A DNA stretch of 63,006 nucleotides, from contig JAGGTK010000037.1 in NCBI GenBank assembly GCA_021163765.1, forward strand, positions 1 to 63,006, read 5' to 3'. Position 1 is the first letter of the stretch. Each line of letters opens with the position of its first letter. Positions 57,102-63,006 of the stretch are shown one piece after another. A model generated the notes under the pieces. The model did no database searches. It was given only the letters and a program-made list of their open reading frames with translations, and was not told where the DNA came from. The position numbers and the translations under genes were made by a program. This stretch comes from a bacterium. GTDB taxonomy: Bacteria > 4484-113.

Positions 57102-58607
57102 GTGAAGCTGCTCATCGACAGAACCAGCTCTACACCGGTTTACCTCCAGATAAAGGAGCAGATAATCGCGCTCATCACGTCCGGCGCCCTTAAGCCCGGA
57201 GAAGCCGTGCCCAGCAGCCGGCAACTGGCGCAGGAGCTCGGGCTTGCGAGAAACACCATCCTGCAGGCCTACCTTGAGCTGGCTGCCGAACACTGGATTG
57301 ATGCAAAGCCGGGGAGCCGCACCTGCGTCTCGGACAGTCCCCCCGGCCGCGCCGACCTGTCCCCGCCGGAGCAGATGCGCCCCACCCCGCACGCTCATCG
57401 CGTCGTGGAGATGGACTGGAGCGATTACCAGTTCAGCGGCGAGAGCTTCGCCCTGCCGCGCTACTATGAAAAATGGAAGGGGCCGGAACCGTACATCTCT
57501 TTCGCCAGGGCGCTGCCCGATCCCAGACAGTTCCCCTTCGGCCGCATCAAGAAGGTCTCCAGCAATCTGCTGTGGTATCCGGAGGAATTCTTCTTTGACC
57601 GCGGCCATCCGCAGGGATATCAGCCCCTGGTGGAGCATCTGGAGCTTGAGCTTTCGCGCGAGCTGATCGATATGAGCCCCGGCACCAACGAAATCGTGGT
57701 TTGCGCCGGCTTCCAGGTCGGGCTCAACATGCTCCTCACGCTGCTTCACCGTCCCGGCACGGCCGTCGCCGTCGAGAACCCCACTTACGCCAGTATCCTC
57801 AACGCGCTCATTGCCCGGCGAATGCCCTACGTGCCGGTTCCAATGGAACGCGACGGGATGGACATTGAATACCTGTCACGGTCTATCAAGCGCAAGAATA
57901 TCGGCCTTATCGTAACCGTCCCGACGCTGCACAATCCGACCGCTACGGTTATGAGCCTGGAAAAGCGCGAAGCCCTGCTGCGCCTCGCCCGGAAGCACAA
58001 TATTCCCATTATCGAGGACGCCTGGGCGATGTTCCTCAAAACCGAGGGGCGCGCGATGCCGTCGCTCAAGGCGATGGACGATGGCGGCCACGTCTTTCTG
58101 GTGGGCAGCTTCAGCAAGAGCTTCCTGCCCGGCTTCCGCATAGGCTTCATCTGCACGCCCGGCCCGATGGCCGTGCCGTTGGTAAAGCTCAAGCGCGCAA
58201 CCGAGCGCAGCGACAGCTTCTTCCTGCAGACGCTGCTCCTTGAGTTCATCAAGAAAGGCTACATGGATTTGCACGTCAGGAAAATGGCTAGAATATACAG
58301 TGAGCGGAAGCGGCTCACGGATGCCGCCATGCGCGAGTACTTCCCGCCTGAGTTTCGCTGGGAGGTGCCGGTCGGCGGATTCTCCTTCTGGGTCGAGATG
58401 CCGCGGGGGATTATGAGCGCTGAAATGCTGGAGCATACGGTAAAATATGGAGTTGACTATGCGCCGTCCAGGATGTTTTTTGCCGGCAAGCAGGACAGCC
58501 ACTATATTCGCATCGCGTTCAGCATGCTGACAAAGGCGCAAATCAGAGAAGGTGTCCGGCGGATGGGCACGGCCATCAGAGAATGGAAGGGGGCCGGCGG
58601 GAAATGA
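57102..58607 (+). CDS. GntR/MocR-family regulator with PLP aminotransferase domain
   Basis: PVYLQIKEQI, PSSRQLAQELGLARNTILQAY, VENPTY, HNPT, IIED, GSFSKSFLPGFRIGF. Confidence 0.95.
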   Translation: MKLLIDRTSSTPVYLQIKEQIIALITSGALKPGEAVPSSRQLAQELGLARNTILQAYLELAAEHWIDAKPGSRTCVSDSPPGRADLSPPEQMRPTPHAHRVVEMDWSDYQFSGESFALPRYYEKWKGPEPYISFARALPDPRQFPFGRIKKVSSNLLWYPEEFFFDRGHPQGYQPLVEHLELELSRELIDMSPGTNEIVVCAGFQVGLNMLLTLLHRPGTAVAVENPTYASILNALIARRMPYVPVPMERDGMDIEYLSRSIKRKNIGLIVTVPTLHNPTATVMSLEKREALLRLARKHNIPIIEDAWAMFLKTEGRAMPSLKAMDDGGHVFLVGSFSKSFLPGFRIGFICTPGPMAVPLVKLKRATERSDSFFLQTLLLEFIKKGYMDLHVRKMARIYSERKRLTDAAMREYFPPEFRWEVPVGGFSFWVEMPRGIMSAEMLEHTVKYGVDYAPSRMFFAGKQDSHYIRIAFSMLTKAQIREGVRRMGTAIREWKGAGGK

Positions 58608-59734
58608 GTGAACACTCGCGGCGTCGAAACCCACTCCACAGCCTTATCGCACTGAGTGCGCTGTTCCTGCTCGCAACCGCCCTGATTGCCTGTGGTGGAG
58701 GAGGACCGGGCCGGTACCCCGGGGAGCTTTTGCAGGCCGAAGACCAACGCCTGCCTCCACCTCCCGACGATGGTGCAGAGCCGCCACAGGAAGAATCCAG
58801 TCCGGAGGAGCAGCTCAGCAGCTACCTGTCCGACCAGGCAAGCGGCCTGCAAGCCTGGCCCAGCTCAACCCTGGGTGCGCTGTCTGGCACCGTCTCCATA
58901 ACCGGATACACTCTGATTGACCCGCAATCGCTCGAACCGATTCCTCCGGAGCAGGGGCTCGTCGATGTGCCGCTGCGCGTCGTGGACCCCGAGGATGACA
59001 TAGATTCTGTCACACTCCCTGACGCACAGGGGAATTTCCTGTTCCCCGACCTGCCGCCTACTACAAGCGCAACTCTCAGCGTGCAGTTTGTCGTGGCGGA
59101 AGACGTGGACGGAGACGGCTACGGTTTCGATCCCATTGAATGCAAGCTGCCCGTAAGGATTATGGCTGCAAGGATCACTAGCATTCAGCTTGATATCTCA
59201 CCCTTAGAGCCACTGCACTACGAGCAATTGGGGCAGCCGCCGGATATCTTCAGCACCACGCCAATATCATTCAACTACGGCTATCAGGGGCCGGACGGCG
59301 ACCGGCAACAAAGCCTGGCAATACTGAGATCTCTCGGCAGGGTCTGGCTGGATTCAGACCTGGACGGTGAGTTTTCCCCTGACGACCTGCAATTCGCGGA
59401 CGAGAACGCCAACGGCCTGGGTGACGAGACGGAGGATTATCTCGCCGGCGTTGTCGGCCCGCCGACCGAGGAACGCGTGGTCTTCGGCTCGATTCTCAGC
59501 GTGGTCGGCAATGTCATCACAATCTACAGTTTTGAAGATACGGTCTCTATCGAGATTGCGCTCAACGAAGGCACAATCCTGATTGCCGAAACCGGGGAAG
59601 AGCTCCCGCTAACGCGGCACCTCGTCGGCAAAGACGCGGTGGCGGTCGCGCAGGAATACCGTGACGGCCACATTTCAGCCTCCCTTATAATGGTGCTGCC
59701 TGAAACATACTCGCACGGGCCCGGAGGGCGCTAA
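58604..59734 (+). CDS. Acidic lipoprotein with Ca-binding-like DxDxDG motifs and a small C-terminal beta domain
   Basis: LIACGGGG lipobox; DVDGDG, DSDLDG, DENANG; ATGA overlap with the MocR gene. Confidence 0.8.
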   Translation: MSEHSRRRNPLHSLIALSALFLLATALIACGGGGPGRYPGELLQAEDQRLPPPPDDGAEPPQEESSPEEQLSSYLSDQASGLQAWPSSTLGALSGTVSITGYTLIDPQSLEPIPPEQGLVDVPLRVVDPEDDIDSVTLPDAQGNFLFPDLPPTTSATLSVQFVVAEDVDGDGYGFDPIECKLPVRIMAARITSIQLDISPLEPLHYEQLGQPPDIFSTTPISFNYGYQGPDGDRQQSLAILRSLGRVWLDSDLDGEFSPDDLQFADENANGLGDETEDYLAGVVGPPTEERVVFGSILSVVGNVITIYSFEDTVSIEIALNEGTILIAETGEELPLTRHLVGKDAVAVAQEYRDGHISASLIMVLPETYSHGPGGR

Positions 59735-59885
59735 GTGGTACCTTGATTTATGTGCGAAACCGGTTCTATGCATCCAGCGTATGCCGGGATACAATAAGAG
59801 TGAATAAGTGCATTGACCTGTAATCTGGGGGTGCGATTTGAAGAGATTACTGATACTAAGTTCAGGCCTGGCCATTATTCTCATC
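59453..59885. repeat. Direct repeat copy 1 (lipoprotein 3' end + intergenic + subtilase 5' end)
   Basis: Aligns to 62574-63006 at constant offset 3121. Confidence 0.95.
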
Positions 59886-61798
59886 ATACTGGCCGCCTGC
59901 GGAGGCGGCGGTCATAGTCCACCAGATATCCCATCGCTTGCGGGCATAGACGCGGCACAACCGGTTGGCAAGGAAGTAGGACTGGCAGGACCAGGCTCTG
60001 GTGGCGGGGGTGGTGGTGGGGACCCATTGGTGGAAGGGATTGGCCTGAGCCCGGCGAGGATGCTGGGCCTCTTGAACCACAGAGTCCATTGGACGACGGG
60101 CTTCCTAATTCGATCGGGCCGTGGGGCCCTGTCTTGTGGCAGTTTGCGGTGCCTGACCCCGGTGGCGGTGGTGGAACCACCACCGTGAAACGGCTCTCTA
60201 GCAGCGACCCGTTTACTGCTACCTATCAGCTTGAGGACGGTACGATCCTCGTCACCAATGAGGACATTTCGCAGGGAATTCCCGACCCGGAAAACGAGGT
60301 TGAACCACCAATCATCCAATGGGTTGACCCGGACAATGGAACGCGAGACATCTTCCAGGGAGAAATTATCGCCTACTTCTTCGACAGCGCCACACAGAAC
60401 GATGTTGAGCAGTTCATCCTTGACCATAACCTGCACGTGATTATGTCCTGGTTCGAGCCACCTGATGAAGGCGAGGAGGGCAATGCTCTCGCCTGGTTTC
60501 ATTTCGAGTACGACCAAAACGAATTCCCGACCTTCGACGATGCCTACAGCTTCTTTTCATCGCACGAGCTTGTCGCTTCGACATGGCCTGCTTTCTTCGC
60601 TGCTGATAAAGCGGCTTATCTGCTCGTAACTGACCCGAATGATTACTACTACTATTATGATGATGTCTCTGGTGGCAAATATGGCTACCCTCACAGGCAG
60701 AACTCATATGTCAATGTTCTGGGAGTGGATGAGAGCCCGTATGTTCGTCCGGGCCCGTCAAACGGTGTGTGGTATTCCGACCAGTACAATGTAGTGATAG
60801 ACGATGGTATCTGGCGTTATCACCCGGAGTTTTGGATTACTCAGGGCCCGTGGCCTGGCTGGGGGAAGATAACCTGGGTTGGAGTGAACACTTATCACAG
60901 GAGCTACCGAGTCGGATACTGGTATGGTGGACCCAATTCCTGGGATCCCAATCGAGGGACCTTGGCTACACATGGAACGCAGGTTGCCGGCATGCTGACA
61001 GCAACTACTAATGACATGCGCGGGGTAGCTAGCCTAGCTCCAGGCAATGCTGTCATGCCGATACGACTGAAGGTTAGATGGGTCTGGAATGGCAAGTACT
61101 ACGAAGATAGATATGACCCATCCTCTTGTGTGAAAGCTGTGAGAGCCTTGCGGTTCCAGTTCGCTCATAACCAATGGTATGGCAAGTTCCGAGTAGTGAA
61201 TATGAGCTTCGGCGGTGAGCGTCCGTGGTACTGGTGGATGTATCCGTCTGACCGCTACAACATGAAGAAGAACATCAACCGCGACCTGAACCGCAACGAT
61301 CGGTTATATGTAGCTGCTGCAGGAAACGATTACAGTGCCGTACGAAGCTATCCTGCTGCATTCGATAATGTTCTTGGCGTATCGGGGCTTTTCACTAACC
61401 GATTCGGGACTACTTGGCACCATTACTACTCTCCTGCTCGGTGGGGTTCAAACTACAGAAACGACGGCTACGCCACATACCCGGTTTCTGGGATATGCGA
61501 CTTCATCGAGCGCTATTACAACCCGATCCCTCAAGGATGGGATACCATATACGTGGGAAGAACGCTATCAACCGCCTACTTCCCATGGCAACACAATGAC
61601 CAGTGGTATCGACACTTCAATGGCACATCTGCGGCAACTCCTGAAGTTGCAGCCTTGGCAGCATGCCTTTATGGTCGCAAGCCTTACCGCAACTACAGGT
61701 CAGTGTGGAACCGGATCGTAGATTCACGCGACGACAGCAAGGCTCGCGGCTATGTGGCCGGTCTGGTTGACTACGACGCGGCAATCGAGGGGTGGTAG
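59838..61798 (+). CDS. S8 (subtilase) serine protease lipoprotein, with an apparent 1-nt frameshift near 60036
   Basis: LAACGGGG lipobox in 59838..; triad VVIDDG, HGTQVAG, NGTSAATP and oxyanion AAAGN in 60089..61798. Adding one G to GAAGGGATT joins them (EGDWPEPGEDAGPLEPQSPLDDG). Confidence 0.88.
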
Positions 61799-61801
61799 GC
61801 A

Positions 61802-62269
61802 ATGAATGGAGTAGCTTCCTATATAGCCCTGCTCTTGGCTACTGCTGCGCTGACGATGCTCCATGCCTGCGGTGGGCCGCCTATGCCAGGCTGGGAGATT
61901 GACACAGGCCGTCACCTTTTAATACCGTCAAAGCCGCTTGTAGATAAAGTATACTTAGCGCCTGGCCAGACTGCTGAACTACCAACAACCATCAGAATCC
62001 GTCTTAGCATACCGAGAGTGGCACTGCCCGTAGAGAATGCGACCTTCGACCCGGACGGAGATGGCGAGGCGGTTGCGACCACGGTTCAAGTCTACGAGCT
62101 GGAGGGCGTGGAAGGTTCGCGTTACGGTACATTTTCTTACTACTTCGATTACGAATGGAATGGGCCTAACGGAACGACAGCAACTGTTGTTCTTGCTACA
62201 GCGAACGGCGAATACGTCAATGCGAATATCAGTCTCAGTCTGGACTGGCTCCCGCCCTGGCCGTACTAG
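61802..62269 (+). CDS. Hypothetical lipoprotein downstream of the subtilase
   Basis: LHAC lipobox, starts 3 nt after the protease stop, beta-rich mature part. Confidence 0.75.
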   Translation: MNGVASYIALLLATAALTMLHACGGPPMPGWEIDTGRHLLIPSKPLVDKVYLAPGQTAELPTTIRIRLSIPRVALPVENATFDPDGDGEAVATTVQVYELEGVEGSRYGTFSYYFDYEWNGPNGTTATVVLATANGEYVNANISLSLDWLPPWPY

Positions 62270-62420
62270 AGCGCTCGGTCGCTGCAAAGCCCGGAGATTG
62301 TGGGTAGAATCAAGCGGGAACCGGTCTTGAGACCGGGAACCGCATCGTGGACACGCGCGACGACAGCATGGCTCGGTATCCCATAGCCGGGCTTATGGAC
62401 TTTGAGGAGGCGCTAACGGG

Positions 62421-62855
62421 ATGGTAAGGATGGCTGATTTGAAAACCGCGTGCAGCGCACGCCGATGTCCACTATTGCTTATGTCGCTCTTGTCTCTTGT
62501 TAACATTCTCCATTCCTGTGGCTACAGCCCCATGCCTCCCGGGATACGGTTTCCTGATGCTAAAGGTGCTAACGTCGGCCCACCGACGGCGGAACGCGTG
62601 GTCTTCGGCGCAATCCTCAGCGTGGTCGGCAACATCATCACTCTCTATAGCTACGAGGACATGACTTCTGTCGAGCTTGCGCTCAACGAAGGCACAAGCC
62701 TGGTTGCCGAGGATGGCACAGAGCTTCCGCTCGAACGGGATCTCGTTGGCAAAGATGCCGTGGCAGTTGCACAGGAATACCGCGACGGCCATATTGCAGC
62801 CTCCCTCATAATGGTGCTGCCTGAAACATACTCGCACGAGCCCGGCGGAGGCTAA
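62421..62855 (+). CDS. Chimeric lipoprotein (signal/N-terminus like the 61802 gene fused to a duplicate of the 58604 gene C-terminus)
   Basis: GAGGAGG RBS; ILHSCGYSPMP versus MLHACGGPPMP; from 62574 onward VGPPTAERVVFG...LPETYSH duplicates the 58604 gene end. Confidence 0.7.
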   Translation: MVRMADLKTACSARRCPLLLMSLLSLVNILHSCGYSPMPPGIRFPDAKGANVGPPTAERVVFGAILSVVGNIITLYSYEDMTSVELALNEGTSLVAEDGTELPLERDLVGKDAVAVAQEYRDGHIAASLIMVLPETYSHEPGGG

Positions 62856-63006
62856 CTGGTACCTTGATTTATGTGCGAAACCGGCTCTATGCATCCAGCG
62901 TATGCCGGGATACAATAAGAGTGAATATGTGCCTTGACCTGTAATCTGGGCGTGCGATTTGAAGAGATTACTGATACTAAGTTCAGGCCTGGCCATTATT
63001 CTCATC
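62574..63006. repeat. Direct repeat copy 2 (continues beyond the window)
   Basis: Aligns to 59453-59885. Confidence 0.95.
62959..63006 (+). CDS. Start of a second subtilase-type lipoprotein paralogue (partial)
   Basis: TTG start MKRLLILSSGLAIILI, identical to 59838-59885. Confidence 0.7.
   Translation, partial: MKRLLILSSGLAIILI

Noticed and set aside
60030-60095. Phase variation or pseudogenisation of the subtilase
   Set aside because: The G run is too short for a contingency tract and shows the same single-base shortfall as pheT; probable sequencing error.
59453-63006. Diversity-generating retroelement template/variable repeat pair
   Set aside because: Differences are not adenine-specific and no reverse transcriptase is present in the window.

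Overview
GC-rich bacterial chromosomal segment from a probable diderm (LptF/G permease, outer-membrane barrel, many lipoproteins) with a peptide/amino-acid catabolic gene set (hutI, cyclodeaminase, pruA, ALDH7, asparaginase, TldD, acyl-CoA DH, 3-hydroxyacyl-CoA DH, crotonase) and housekeeping genes (holA, thiL, dxr, gpmI, mutM, pheT, pdp, recO, cdd). I saw no rRNA, tRNA, CRISPR array, integrase or transposase. Accessory content: two hicBA pairs, two stand-alone type IIG-like restriction-modification fusions, a GGDEF protein, an XRE-S24 repressor, a TPP riboswitch and a beta-barrel plus decaheme cytochrome pair. Most notable: (1) accessory cassettes are repeatedly bounded by variable-length, mostly synonymously diverged copies of a neighbouring gene end (three times at the ALDH gene, once at the lipoprotein/subtilase locus), which suggests integrase-free cassette accretion; (2) a lipoprotein family carries a dockerin-like EF-hand pair inserted inside an Fn3-like domain with swappable C-terminal cargo, plus a lipoprotein with cohesin-like domains, which suggests a non-cellulosomal surface scaffold; (3) a TPP riboswitch controls a PurM/HypE-like protein distinct from ThiL; (4) a shared ATACCAG-type operator links a MocR regulator to a distant lipoprotein gene. 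Two frameshifts (pheT, subtilase) look like homopolymer sequencing errors. All family calls are from motif reading by eye; no database searches were run.
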